The notes: a model not told the origin generated them from the letters alone. Shown: positions 1-13,989, numbered from the stretch's first letter. The stretch is 64,000 nt of DNA from Octopus vulgaris (GCA_951406725.2 OX597819.1:2976001-3040000); one strand, 5' to 3'. Translations and numbers: made by a program.

Positions 1-1095
1 CTTTTTTCTGTTGTTATTCCATAATGTTGGCATAGCTTCCAGTGTATGTAGGTTCCAACTCTGTCGTGTCTGTGAATATATTCCTTCTTAGCCAGGACTG
101 GGCAGCCAGATATAATGTGATTTATTGTTTCTTGTCCATCTCCACATATTCTGCAGTTACTTGTTATATTTCTTTTCATTACATGTTTTTGGTAATTTCT
201 GATGGGGAGGCTTTGGTCTTGTGCTGCAATTAAAAATCCCTCTGTCTCTGCTTTGAGTCCTGAGCTTCTCAACTACTGCTGGGATTTTTCTTTGTCTATT
301 TCTTTTGCATTTAGTTTAGTCCAGTACTTGCCATGAAGGGGCTTTTCTTGCCATCGTTTTATCATGGTCCATTGCTCTTCTAGTTTTAGTTTGGCTTTCA
401 TTTGTTTTATAGATTTTGTTTCTTCTTCTTCTTCTTCTTCTTCTTCTTCTTCTTCTTCTTCTTCTTCTTCTTCTTCTTCTTCTCCTCCTCCTCCTCCTCC
501 TTCTTCTTCTTCTTCTTCTTCTTCTTCTTCTTCTTCTTCTTCTTCTTCTTCTTCTTCTTCTTCTTCTTCTTCTTCTTCTTCTTCTTCTTTGTTTGGTGGT
601 ATGATTTCTTGTTTGTATTTGTCAGCTTCCTTAAATACTGAGAACAGTTTTTAGTTTTGCTTGTGTTTTGCCGCTATTTGTATCAGTTTTCCTTGCTTCT
701 GAAGTAGATATTTTTGCAGTCCTATGGTGGTTATTTTATAATAGTTTTCCAGCTGTATAAGACCTCTACCACCTTCTATATGTTATATATATAGCCTTTC
801 TATGTCAGATTTTGGGTGATGCATCCTAGATCCTGCCATTATTTTTCTTGTTTTCCTATCTATTTTGGTCAGTTCATTTAGTGTCCAGTTAAGGTTATTG
901 TAGCTGTAACTTATAACTGGGATGGCTAAAGTGTTAATACCTATTATCTTGTTTTTTGCATTGAGCTCTGTTTTTAGTATTGATCTCACTCGTCTATAGT
1001 ATTCTTTCTTTATTTTCTCTTTCATTTGTGTGTGTTGTATCTTATCTAGTTCATGGATTCCTAAATATTTGTAAGTTTGGCTTTGGTCTAATTTA
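1..1095 (-). mobile_element. 5'-truncated R4/Dong-type non-LTR retrotransposon remnant
   Basis: Minus strand encodes YKYLGI...EYYRRVRSILKTELNAKNKIIGINTLAIPVISYS...HPKSDIERLYI, then GGRGL, LHGKYW, AAQDQ and CRICG...TINHIISGC (CCHC). Contains stops and frameshifts; abuts an (ATT)n tract. Confidence 0.8.
420..589. repeat. (TTC)n/(TCC)n trinucleotide microsatellite
   Basis: About 170 nt of TTC with a short TCC interruption. Source of the poly-S/F/L ORFs. Confidence 0.98.
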
Positions 1096-2996
1096 TCATT
1101 ATTATTATTATTATTATTATTGAGAGAGCAGTGCATGCCATCAAAGCTCAGTATACCCATCATGACTACCTGTTTGATAAGGGTACACCAGGCACATGCA
1201 ACACAACCATATGTGCACAACTTGGTGATCTCATATCATGATAAACAGTGCATAACCTTGTTTAAGGATGTTGAACAAACCACCCATGTTTCCAGAGGTG
1301 AATTATCCAAACCCCAAAGAATTCCTCTCAACACATGGCTATTATGTCCCCCACTACTTCTACTTGTGATTAGAGATGCACATATTGTCAGCCACTAAGG
1401 GGCATGATCAACTGGTTAAGGTTAAACAACTGACAAGCAAATCTGTGGTATTGAGTAGAATATTTGCTGTAGCCCATCTTTTATACAAATTATTATTATT
1501 TTTATTATTGTCATCATCATCATCATCACCATCACCATCATCATCATCAGCAGCATCATCATCATTATTTTTGTTGTTATTTATACAGTAATACGAGTGG
1601 TGAGAAAGAAATGCATTGTGGTACTTCTTTCAGCTCTTTAGTTTCTGAGTTCAAATCCTGCCAAGATCAATGTTGTCTTTCATCCTTCAAAGATCAATAA
1701 AATACAATGCCAATTAAATATTGGGACTGATAGAATTGATTAAGCCTGCTTATACTTATACACTGACACAGCTTGCCCTTTTACCAACTCCAGTTTAGGG
1801 AATGAGAAGATTAAACTGGAGAAATGACAAGGTGTCGGATCAGAAAAGAGGACAGCTCAATGCTCAAGAACTAAGGAGAAGAGTGGTGAAAGTCTGATGA
1901 ATCAATAGCAAAAACTATGCATAACATAATCCTCATCAACAACAAAGTTTCAGCATTAGTGTTTCTATGAACTAAAAGAAATTGTAGGGAAGCTGAAAGA
2001 CACACTCCAAATTACAACAAGATTTTGTCAGTACCAATACAGACCTATGCACTTCCAAATAGGGGATTTTCATCTCATGTAATACATTGTAAAAAGGAAC
2101 AAACTATAGCTTTGATGAAACTCTCATCATTTTTGATCAACTGAAAGTTTTTAACAGAGTAACCATCCTTATTTGGGCTTCGTGCTTCTAATTTCTGGCC
2201 AGTCTTCAAGCTGAATGGCCACTTTCTACAATATCAATATCTGTTTGGTGGTTAAAATAAAAGACACTTGTCAGAAATCAATAGCATTTCATACTTTGTT
2301 CAGAAATTATGTCCTCTTTTATATTCTTATATACTAGTGTACCTGTGCTGTTAGAAATGATGGCATCAAAATGATACGGAAAATGAAATTAAAATAAATA
2401 CATTACAACCTTTATTTCAGTAATTGCTTCAACAGTTGCGGAAGGGACATATCCCACTTATACATTATATTTTGGCATAGTTTCTAAGGCTGGATACCTT
2501 TCTTAACATCAAACATGCAACAGAGAAATACTGGGGACAATTTATAATGGCACCATCACTAGAGAAGTTATCATGTTCTTGATAAGACAAGATTAAGAGC
2601 ACTCATGACCCTACTCAGGACCGGATTTAAACTATGGGGAGGCCTGGGGCACTTCAAGTTTGGTGGGCCCCTTATACACTAGAATTAAAATCTTAGAAAA
2701 TTTCCAAATTTAAATCTCAAAACCCATCTGTTTCAAATAATTGAATTTGATGAATTAGCAGAGAAAGTTTAAATGACTGAAAATGTTGCTTTATAGATAC
2801 GCTTTTTCAAAATTCAAGTTTTGCTTTTCACACATCCACTTGCGGTGTTTGACTTTTCTTTCATTGTGAAAGGTACAATGAAGGAGGCAAGAGTGAGATT
2901 AGATCTTTTCTCTTAATGTAAGTTACATATGTTTCAGAATATAGAATAAGATAAAATGACAGCAAATTATGCTGTTGTTGCTGTTCCAAAGTCATA

Positions 2997-3051
<55 letters not shown>

Positions 3052-3555
3052 GAGTAGAGATACTAACATTTAAAAGACATGGATTTTAAAAATTCTATTA
3101 AAACAGCTTCCCTTCATTGTTTTGTAATGCATAAAAAAAGAAATAAAAAGCAGGGTAACCCAGATGAAAATGGGGGAAGTCTGCTTTTCTAGTTTCCAGT
3201 AAGAGCAGGTGGGGCACTATGAGTAATGTTTACTGCATTTTTGACTTTGAAGAAACTATATTCTTCACTACTTTGTCAAAACTATATCAGCAAAGTAAAG
3301 ACCTTCTCTAAATGCCATAAAACCTATAAGATATTTAGAACACTATTTCAGAAAATTATCACTGTTCTCTTTGAGCATATAAAAGACAAATTTAGGCGGG
3401 GCAAAATGGGTAAGACAAAATAAGATAAATTTACCCTCTCAGTTCTCCAGAATTAAATTTGAAAAGAGTCATACACATAAATATCCATCCTTAGACATCA
3501 GAAATGCAATAAAATTTAAAATATCTTGGTGAAATGAAAGAAAATTATGGAAAAA

Positions 3556-3906
3556 CTAGAGCTACTGCATGCATATACAACTGCGTGCATTCACACATAC
3601 ACGCGAGTAATGTCCAAATCTCCACCCACTCACATACAGCTAGCTGGCATTCAATTGGCGTATCAAGTTTCAGGCATTTTGATTGGGTTTTGGATAGAAA
3701 ATTCACAAAAAAGTCACTTCTATTGATTTTTTAATGGCTTTGCAGGGTGACCGGGGAAATATAAAGATGTGCATGACCACCCTTGGATGGTTTTGAATGA
3801 CCATAGAAAGTGTGAGCCCTCTAACTGAAAAATTGTGGATTTGTATTAAGGACACACACACACACACACACATACACAGACATTTTGCCGCTTATATAAA
3901 TAGAGA
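3556..3906 (-). mobile_element. non-autonomous Helitron-like element, copy 1
   Basis: Minus strand begins TC and ends CTAG, inserted between A and T. Near-identical to 20434-20762. Confidence 0.7.
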
Positions 3907-4563
3907 TAGCACATAATATGATATTAATGAAACTCAACTAAATCTAAAAACCCAACATTAAATATTCTTTATAGTTTCTTCTCCAAAAATTATTCTGATA
4001 TTTTATTAGCTACCTCAATTACAATTGGGTCAAATTTGAGGAAAAGTTTCTTGAAAATAGTACCTGTCACTTATGTTTCAACCTTTCAACTTCAACAACT
4101 ATGTAAACTATACTGACCAAATTTTACTGCCAAAGATGATGTAATGGTACAAAATGAGAGAAAATAACAAGAAATCATTATTCATTTTGACCCAGTTACC
4201 AATTTTGTCCCACTTCCAATATAGTAATTCCAAGCATTTGACAGAATGCCGAAAAATATACGAAAAAAGGTTTGATTTAATTAAACATTTGAATATAAAT
4301 GCAATAATTCTAAAGCTGAAAAAGAATGCTTTTAGCTGTTGAGAGATGTAATTTTATAATTAAAACTAAATTCAAAAGTTTTTTTTACTTACTTCATAAA
4401 ATAAGACCAGCTTTCAAAGCCTCACTGAAATAAATTTAGAAGTAGAAATGTGTGTGTGTGTGTGTGCCTTTAACTGCTATTAATCAAGCCAAGGTCAAGC
4501 ATTGAATGAAGGGATTTGGCCTAGAGACAATAACATTTTTCTATCAATCTCTTTATCTTTATA

Positions 4564-5410
4564 CTAACAGAATTGCCCGGCATTGCTCGGGGCTGAATTG
4601 CTTGAAAGTACTGTTAATGATTGCACTGAATTATGATGATTATTCAGGCAAATATTGATATAAGTTTACGGTGGGAGATAAGGACTTAACGATCAAACGT
4701 GTGCCATAGCATTGTTTTGGGGGAACCAAATTTCTGATGAGCATTATAGGGGCACCAACTTTAAGTTTGAGAAAGTGTGGTGGTAGTCCGGGGTGCTCAA
4801 AAGAATTGAGTACCTCTATTGGATAGTTAATGACGTCCTCTGGGTCAGGAGTTGTATCGATAGACTGATATACATAGACTTCCCCAGGAATGAGTTTTAG
4901 CATTTCATCATTAATATGGTGAACAGCTTTATTCCTCGGGGCCAGTATAGCCTTTTTGCCAATCCAATCCATATTCTGATAATTAGCTTGTAGATATGGG
5001 AACACTGCATCTCTGAGATCAGAAGGCGTCTTAACAATGGTACAAATGGAATCGATGGCAATATTACCATTTTCATCCCCTGGTATTTTGCCTTCGCCAA
5101 GTGCAAGGAGGGTGTGAGGAAATGCTGCTGATGTGATATTACGTCGCATATGAGTACGCATATTGGTGTGAATTTTGAGAGTTACTTCCCTTTATTTAAA
5201 GAAATATGCATTAAAATGGAAAAAAATGATGGTAAATTATTTGTAAAATCGTAGACTCATCGTAGATGCGCGCTAATACGCAGAAGGGCTCGATATGAAT
5301 CACGACTATAAGATACTCGGTTTTGGTTAAACTGCATCGCAAAATGTGGGAGTAGTTAGGAATCTAAATCGGAGTAGACAGACACACAACCTTTCTTTTA
5401 TATATAAATA
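4564..5410 (-). mobile_element. Helitron derivative carrying a PIF1 helicase fragment
   Basis: ORF 4640..5161 has KAILAPRN...V...N and LPPHFLKLKVGAPIMLIRNL...GTRLIV (Helitron PIF1 motifs). Subterminal hairpin CCCGGCATTGCTCGGG at 4576-4591. Confidence 0.85.
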
Positions 5411-6100
5411 TTTTCGTCCTAAAAAACTTTGTATGGATTGAATGGTTACCTCTATGGAAATATATACATGCACATTATACATACATGTGTGTATAGATGT
5501 ATATATAAATACATTTAAATATCTATATACACTTTTGGGCGATCTTTCTGTTTCTTAGAGATAACTTTAGATCTTATTTTCGTCCTAAAAAACTTTGTAT
5601 GGAGTGAATGGTTACCTCTATGGAAATATATACACACACGTTATACATACATGTGTGCATAGATGAATATATAAATACATTTATTTTTCTATATACACTT
5701 TTGGGCGATATTTGTGCTACTTAGAGATAACTTTAGATCTTATTTTCGTCCTAAAAAACTTTGTATGGAGTGAAAGGTTACCTCTATGGAAATATATACA
5801 CACACATTATACATACATCTGTGTATAGATGAATATATAAATACATTTAAATATCTATATACACTTTTGGGCGATCTTTCTGCTACTTGGATATACTTTA
5901 GATCTTATATTCGTCCTAAATAACTTTGTATGGAGTGAAAGGTTACCTCTATGGAAATATATACACACACATTATACATACATCTGTGTATAGATGAATA
6001 TATAAATACATTTAAATATCTATATACACTTTTGGGCGATCTTTCTGCTACTTGGATATACTTTAGATCTTATATTCGTCCTAAAAAACTTTGTATGAAT
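5411..6100. repeat. tandem repeat, 165-166-bp unit, about 4.2 copies
   Basis: CGTCCTAAA anchor recurs at 5415, 5581, 5747, 5912 and 6077. Confidence 0.95.
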
Positions 6101-6794
6101 TGAAATTTTTAAGAAAGGAATTTGTTTACATACATGTGTGAAATGGCAAATGTTTGTGCAGTTGTCCGAAATGGAACCAGGGTAAATGTGTGGAACTGAT
6201 GTATTATAATGAATAGTCCTTCTTGTTGTGAATATTAATTTGATTAATATGAACTGAAAACCAGTGGTGTAGCATATAAGACCATAGGTGATCTAGCAAA
6301 AAGGATGACCAGTCTGTCACACACTCACACACACGCACACACACACACAGACTCACATGCACCCTCACACACACATGCACACACACACACACTCACACAC
6401 ACGTTAGCTTACAATTTTATTTATATATTTGCGTGTCAATGTGTGTAAAGAGGAAGTGGGAGTAATATGCAGAGTGAAAGAGTGAAATGGTAAAATATTT
6501 AGTTTTCTCGAATTTTTTCCGAAATGGGGGTGAAATTGAAAGAAATTTTGTATGCCATGACCGAAAAATCATAGGTAAACTCTAATTGAAGAAATTGTGT
6601 GAGGAGTAAATCGTTATGTATTTATTTGTTTCTGTTTGCTGTGTTGTTTTTTTTTTGAGTAGTGGTTTAAGTTTTGAGTAGTGGTTTAAGGTACACTTCT
6701 CTCGTTTTATATAAATACTTTCACTTTAATCGTTGCACACTTGCAAAGAGAAAGGAGGAGAAATTAGGGTGATAGCATGAGTGAAGCATTTCGC

Positions 6795-6852
<58 letters not shown>

Positions 6853-8116
6853 AGCCCACACTAAGAAAAGCACTTCACTTACACACCACAATGTGAGTTT
6901 TCTCGAAATTTTGCTTAATTTGAAAAACTGTACCTGGCACGACCCGATGTATTCTACTCTTAAAAATGCTAGGTAAATTGTAATTGAAGAAATCCTATAT
7001 TGTAGATTTCTATAAGAGACAAAGGGAGGCAGATAAAATCTGCCTTTTATAATAAGAGATACATTCATACTTACATACATACATACACAAACACACATAC
7101 ACTCATGGATACATACATACACTTTCAGGAATGTTTTGTTGTTTTCCTTTTTTCTGTTGTCCCAAAAAGCAGCTACAATTCCCAAAGGAATTGTAAGTGC
7201 TTTGATGTCTCTAAGGTGGCTAGCATAAAAAAAGAATCCATTACATTTTTTAAGACATCAAGATACCTTTGTATATTGAAAGAGAGCCTCTTCATGTCTG
7301 ATTGCTGGGAGGGACCCTCCTGTATTGAGTGCTGCATACCCTTTCTAGCAGGGTCCCCCAAATATCTAGGTGCCTGGGGCAATTGCCCCCTCTGCACCCC
7401 TATAAATTCAGCCTGACCCTACTTATCTTTACTTGTTCACAAACCACTTGACAGAGTGTCTTAGGTGTAATTTAATGTGGTGCCAGCATCAATGAAGTTG
7501 TCTTGTACTCTGCAAGACCAAAGCAGTAGTTTCTTCCTTACCTTCACTTTATGTTGTCTCTTTTTCTATGGGGCAATGTAACAAATGGAGTGGCAGAAGA
7601 AAGGGCATCCGTGAAAGATGAACAAGGGTGAAAAGGAGAAAGAAGTAAGAGTCTGAATGAGGAAATAGAATTTTAATGAGGTAATTGCATTGATGAATTA
7701 AGTTGGTTTGAGTTCCAATATATGTGCGTGTGTAGATAAAGGAAGAATGAGAAAACCAGGTAGGATTAAATGCGATGGTTTATTCAATCTGTTAAAATCT
7801 GGCAAAATTGTTGAATACATCTTGAATGATAATGTCAGAGAATATATATATATATGGTTTCTAATACAGTTGGTACTTGGATAGATCAGGAAAACAAATA
7901 TGTGGCATGTTCAAAAGCATTCCAGTCATGACCAATCTTTTATTTTTATATATCAGGTTCTACTTTGTTCAATGTGCCCTTTCCTTTCTGCAAGATAGTA
8001 TGATGTGATTTAAGGGAGATTTAACTTACTATTTTCAGTAGATCATGTGACTATGTACTGACTTTCCCATTGGCTCATCTTCTGTCTGTCTGTCTATCTG
8101 TCTGTCTGTCTATCTG

Positions 8117-8153
<37 letters not shown>

Positions 8154-9356
8154 AGTTATTTTTTTGTTATTTGTGTGCATGTGTGTTTCTGTCTCTTACA
8201 ACATATAGACAATGCAACAGATTAAAAAAAAAGAGTTCCACTTTGATTAAAAGAAGGGAAAGAGAAAAAGTTGTTCTCAAGAGAGAAATACAATGAGAGA
8301 GATAGTGTACACACTATCTCTCTCATGTGTGAAAGAGAGATAAAATGGTAGTGTTGTCATTATAATAACTAACAAATTTTGTAATTAACATACTAACAAG
8401 TGTGAGTCTGTCAATACAATGCAAAACACATTAATAAAAACTATATGTATAAATTTATAAAATATATATAGATATTTTTTTTTGTTGTTGTTTGTTTGTG
8501 TGAGTGTGAGGTTTATTCTCTGTCTGTCAACGTAGAGACAGACTTTGAAAAAGACCTTTGAGTAGAAAATGGAGAGCAGAAATAGTTGTTGAGAAATACA
8601 GTGAGAGAAAGAGTGTGTGTGAAAGATAGATAAATAGTTAGTGTTGTCACCATAGTGACTAACAAGTTCTTGATTAAAAATGCAGGAATTTTAAGTGCAA
8701 ATCTGTCATCACAGCACAGCACCAACTTCAAAGAAAGGCTATATGAATGTATATAATATATAAGTTTTTATCTTTTTGGGATTGTTTGTGTGTGTGTGAG
8801 TATGTGTGTATTTCTATGTCTTTCAACATTTTGACAACACAGACGAAGAAAACAAACTTTCATTTTGAACAATTTACGAATGTATGTGCATGATTAACAA
8901 ATATTTTTACAGGCAGTATAACGACAGGCAATGACCTAGTTGACTAATAATAAAGAAGTGAAATTGAACTAGTGTGTGTGTTTATTATCAGTGTTATGGC
9001 TGTCCCACATTACAGCAAAACACAATTTACCTCTATATCTACCAAACACACAACACAAGTTAACTTGATGTTAAAATTTTGACTATCCTCTCTGATACTA
9101 CATTATATGTTCCAATCCATATTAATAGAAAATAGAAAGTTGAACCAATAAAGACAATGAATGAAAACAACTGATGTTTCATAATGTATTTAGTAATATT
9201 TTTATGCCACTTATGCTTAAATGGACTAATCTAGTTATCTAATATTCTTCTGCTTTTGATATATTTGATATTACTGGATGTGTTTTATATGACTTGAATA
9301 AAAATTAAATACAAAATTTCAAAATTAGAACTTTACACACTGAAAGGCAAATGAAG

Positions 9357-9738
9357 TACAAAAACTCTGAGCACCTTTTCAAACTCCACCTGTCTAACAC
9401 TCGTGAACATGTTTACAAAGTCAGAAAACAGTACAGCTCCCATGACTTTTGGAAACATTTTTTCACGTTAAGAGTTGCTGAAGCATGGAACAAACTGCCG
9501 GCATCAGTTGTTAGTTGTCGGAGCACTGCATCCTTCAAAACTTCCATGCTTCCTGAGATTTGCCAACACTACACCTGATTGTCTCCCCTCCATACACACG
9601 CAAGCATGTATCTGACTCATTCACTGTTCATTTTCCAGACATTTGTACATTACTGCATATACTTTATATGCACTTTTGACAAGTTGTGGTGCACCTGAGC
9701 ACTGTATACAATAATTTCATTATTATTATTATTATTAT
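9357..9738 (+). mobile_element. 3' end of a CR1/L2-type LINE
   Basis: Encodes TREHVYKVRK...KHFFTLRVAEAWNKLPASVV...FK (CR1 ORF2 C-terminus), followed by a 3'UTR and (ATT)n tail. Confidence 0.8.
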
Positions 9739-10269
9739 ATATATAAGTTCATCTGGGTAATTTTGAAAAACTGATATTTGTGAACAATCTGAGTTATTGA
9801 CATAGTTCCTCAGAAAAGCATTTTACATTTTATATTTGGTTCCTTTTGCACCAAATTAAAATTGAAATTATGAAACAATTGAGGAAGTTGTTAAATCTTG
9901 TATTCTCTACTATCTATTTTTAATGAATGACACTAAACATGAGCTTGGATTCTGAGCAAGCATATGAGCAACAAATTTGGAAGTTAATTATAATTACATT
10001 TTATTTTTCTGAATATTCAAATGTTGTAGGAGCAAGAAAAATAATTGTTTAATTTTTACTTCAAATTTGTCATTTTAGAAAATGATTCTATAATAAAGTT
10101 ATTTTTCCAGCCTATTCAGAATACCAAACCCAAAAATCTGATCTTTTTTAAAATAAGAATATGCTTTTGAATAAGTAACGAAAAAAAAAAAAAAGCTGTA
10201 TGAAAGTGATGAAAACAGAAATAAAAGCAAATAAAATGAAATGAAATGAAAATCAATATTTCTTGGTGG

Positions 10270-10730
10270 AAATCTCAAGACCGCCATCTTCTGTTTGCAA
10301 GGATTTGTGCAAGTCCATCGAATTGTGTGATCTTTAGTGAAAAACAGTGATAAATAAGTAAAATGAAATATGCAAGGAGCGTTAATTGTTGCCATCAATT
10401 CTCGTTGATTATTTAAACGGTTGAGTAAAAGTTAAATGCGGCTAAAAATAATTGTTCTGCTCTCGAATCCCCGTTTTCAGTCGTAATTCAACGGTGAAGC
10501 AGCCATCATGTCACGGAGAGCCGAGGGTCAGCTTTTCATCGGAAGATTGAGCAAAAATACGCGACAGAGAGACTTGGAAGAAATATTCGAACCTTATGGT
10601 CGTATGCAGAGATGCGAAATTAAGTATGGTCAGTATATTTCCGACACTTTTTCTCGTCAGAATAAGCGTAAATCCATTTAGTTTGTTGCAACTTCTGCCT
10701 CCTCAAGTGCGATCGCCATTTTTACTCTTC
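10270..10730 (+). promoter_or_regulatory. CpG-enriched promoter/5' region of the SR gene, with YY1-type motifs and a possible Inr
   Basis: Local excess of CpG (extending to about 12200) against a CpG-depleted background. CCGCCATCTT at 10281-10290, CGCCATTTT at 10714-10722. TCAGTC at 10477-10482 could be an Inr or a 5'UTR splice acceptor. Confidence 0.55.
10508..10628 (+). CDS. SR splicing factor (RRM + zinc knuckle + RS; SRSF7/9G8-like architecture), coding exon 1
   Basis: ATG at 10508 translates MSRRAEGQLFIGRLSKNTRQRDLEEIFEPYGRMQRCEIKY, with RNP2 motif LFIGRL. Phase-1 donor G|gtcagt at 10629. CpG-rich context. Confidence 0.93.
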
Positions 10731-13639
10731 GAAGATTTTATTTTCGATGTCAAATTAAGATTTCTTACTTAAAGTTTGTAAATTTAGTGAATGCTGAATC
10801 TAATATCTCACAAGCAGATCGTAATATTACCACAGAGTGATAAAATAAACATTTTCCCCTCTCTTCCTTCGTGTTTCTATCCTCTACGTGTCCACAATCT
10901 TCTTCTTCTTCCAACTCCCATTTGCGTTCATTCCTTCGCATATTTATGGAAATAATTTACCAAACCGCGACCAGATCCACGAAAATATAATATTCTGCTG
11001 GACATACCTGCCGAAATATTCCTCCACAAATCACACCTAACAAACATAATTGATATTCGTAAATTATTTACGTGTTCATTTCCTGTGTTTAATTTACTTG
11101 CTTCATTTAAAAATGGGTCTTTTACGGGAATCCTTTGCTTTTCGCTTTTTATTTGCTTCTAAACCGACAATTCTCGAGTGTTTTACTCTTAATTGCTGAT
11201 ACATATGTTCCTTCCATGTCCATCCAAGTGCTTTTTAAAGTCTCTCGGCTGCAATCTCCTTCTTGCAACGAAATCATGGAAATCGGATTTGATTTTAACT
11301 TCGACACTAGTTTCCTTATAACTTAAATCATTTATTATTTATATCCTCACTTTCCCTTTTCCCCGACACGTGTCTTCTTCTATAGAAACGGTTAAACATT
11401 CCCCACAGATCGATTAAATGCCGCTAATTCCATCTTTTCGCAGTAGTAATTCCCTCCCTCGGCTTCTCTCTCCCTCAAAAGCAGTCGCTCGAAATTTCAC
11501 CTTTTACAAAATATTCTTCTTCACGTAAATGTTTATAATTTCTATTCCGAAGCATTCACCAATTACAACATGTTAATTACCAATTTAACAAGACAAAAAA
11601 TGTTTCCCCGAATTCATAAAAAAAAAAGTATGAAGAAAATTATTTTTTAAGGTTATGTTTTTTATTTTCGAAAAATATAAAAATATCGATTACAAAAACC
11701 CTTTTTTGGGTAATTTTTTCCGTTTTATGTGGGTAAATGATTTAGCTTTAAATATGCACGCACACCCACACGTACCTAGTTCCGTGTGTACATTGTATGC
11801 ACAGACAAAGTATGAAGGCACGTGGCAGAGTGGCTTGGGTGTTGGGCTTACAATCGATAGGTGTGGGTTCGATTCTTGAATCGGATGAGGTATTGAGTCC
11901 TTGAAGAAGGCGCTTTCATCTCATGATGAAAATGACAATTAGCGATAGGTGGGGAGCTACTCCAGCCAAGAACTAACTGGCATCCCCCTCTTGTACTCTC
12001 TTATCGCTTTTAAACGGAATGAAAACCAGGCTAAAACGTGTATATAGATACGCGGCGAAACCATTTCCCGAAATTATTCGGTTTTGACGTTTGGAAAATT
12101 TTTTCGGATGTTTGTGAAGAATCGTAACTTCAGATGTTCAAAACATCAATCTGCCAAAACCGAAAATTTACGGAAGCGCGGAGAGGCACGCAGCCAATTG
12201 AATAAAATTTTTTTTTTGCAAAATTGTAATTTGAGATTCTTAAAAACATCAGATTCAAAGAAATTAATGTTTTTGATACACTAGGAATGTCATGTATCAA
12301 TTGTCATCATTTAACGTGTACTTTTCCATGCCTGCATTGATCAGATGGAATTTGTTGAGGTAGATACTTAATGTGGTTGGATACTTAATAATCTGTCGCC
12401 AACCATCACCTGTTTCTAAGTAAAGTATTTCCCGAGACCAGATATTTTTTCATAGAAGATTGCAAACAAAGCACACTGCTTGCATAATAGTTATAGTCAT
12501 TTAAAAACTGCCATGCGATGTCATGGCAAAGAGAGAGAAACGCACACACACGACAGGCTTCCTTCAGTTTGCCAAATCCACCCAGAGCTGTAGTAGAAGA
12601 CAGTTGTCCAAGGTGCTATGCTGTGGGACTGAACCTGAGACCATGTAGTTAGGAGAGGAGAGACTGAGAGGGAAGGAAATTAAGTTGAACTTGTATGCAT
12701 TTGAATGTTTGCTCACTGATACAAAATGGAAGTGATGTAGCAACAATATACACACATTTGGTAACTTTACCAAACTTTAAAAAAAATTGGGCACAGGTAT
12801 CTACAAGAAATTGCTTCCAATCTCATTCAAACCACATCCTACTCTGTTAAAAAACAGAAATACATTAACTGAAGTCATCATTTTATACCCATTTTCCACC
12901 ATGGCATTGGTTGAACACTGACAGGGTCCAATGCGTCTGTGGATATTGTCTTGATCTATTTTTGGCATGACTTTGTAATGCCAATCACTTCACAGTGTAT
13001 GGGGTACTTTTTTGTGGTACCAGCACTAGTGAGGTTGAATTGTAACTTACAAGACTACAGTCTTTGTCAGAGAAGGAGAATAGGAGAAAGAGTGGCGATT
13101 TTAGGTAAGGTATTGAGAAGTTAAAGTAATGATTGGAGGAGCAGGCTTATTGTTGGTAGAGTGTTAGTTGAGAAGTTTAGAGCATTAGGGAAAGGATTAG
13201 TTGAAGAGAAAGAGTAGTGACATGTTTAATGAGAATGAGTCAGTGAGTGATAAAAAGGACAGTGGAGTGGATTAAGTAGGAGCAAATTTAGGACTTACCT
13301 CCTCCTACTCCACAATATATTTGAGTGGGATGAGGGTATGATGCTAGAAAAAGAACGAAAGATGATGGTGCTGAGGGCTACCTTAGGTAAGCGAATTGGA
13401 AAGAATGTGGGGCCAGAAGAACGAAGAAGGATGGGTAAAGTTTGCAAGAGTAAGTTGGAGTGAGTGATGGATAGAAATAGTCATAGGTAGATAGGGATGA
13501 AAGTGGTCATTGGTGAGCCAGTGGGTGACAGTGAGAAGAATGAAGGATGGAGGACAGTAAGAAGTGGCCCAGGAAAGAAGGAGTGATGAGTGGCAGAACA
13601 GAAAGGGTGATAATATATGTAGTAATTGGGCATTTCATC

Positions 13640-13805
13640 CATCTTGACATTGTGAGTTCAAATTCTGGCAAGGTTGATTTTGCCTTTCATCCTTTTGGGG
13701 TTGATAAAATAAGTATCAGTTGAACACTGGGGAAGTGTCGATGTAATTGACTTATCCCCTCTCCCAAAATTGCTGGCCTTGTGCCAAAATTTGAAATCAA
13801 TATTT
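13640..13805 (+). mobile_element. SINE family with core GAGTTCAAATT...TTTGCCTTTCATCCTTT..GGG.TGATAAAATAAGTA.CAGT
   Basis: Recurs at about 1640-1745 (+), 18745-18955 (-), 21210-21375 (-), 44229-44445 (-), 57590-57815 (+) and 61390-61600 (-). Confidence 0.75.
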
Positions 13806-13989
13806 GTAGTAATGGGCTCTGCTATCATTAATTACAACAGGAGAGGGACAGTGGGATGAGGTGAATACAGCAGATGTAAACTTATAGCGACCCAGATATG
13901 TGCATATACATTAAGCATCCAGCCTCCATCTCTAACTCCTCCCCCTCATTTTAGCATCAGTTTCACCATCAAGCAATGTGCATCTTCAA

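Larger units (their letters stand above)
2616..7415. mobile_element. non-autonomous hAT-type DNA transposon with nested insertions
   Basis: Imperfect TIRs CAGGACCGGATTTA (2616) and TAAATTCAGCCTG (ends 7415). Perfect 8-bp TSD ACCCTACT at 2608-2615 and 7416-7423. Confidence 0.8.

Noticed and set aside
364-654. Poly-Ser/Phe/Leu ORFs
   Set aside because: Translation artefacts of the (TTC)n microsatellite.
4640-5161. Cellular PIF1 helicase gene
   Set aside because: Short intronless fragment embedded in Helitron-type termini.
10099-10398. Divergent gene starting at AAGATGGCG on the minus strand
   Set aside because: The ORF is low-complexity F/L-rich sequence with no recognisable donor or downstream exons. 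The motif is better explained as a YY1-type site.
13070-13615. Purine-rich strand-asymmetric tract (also 45260-45590)
   Set aside because: Low-complexity sequence with no periodicity, ORF or defined motif.
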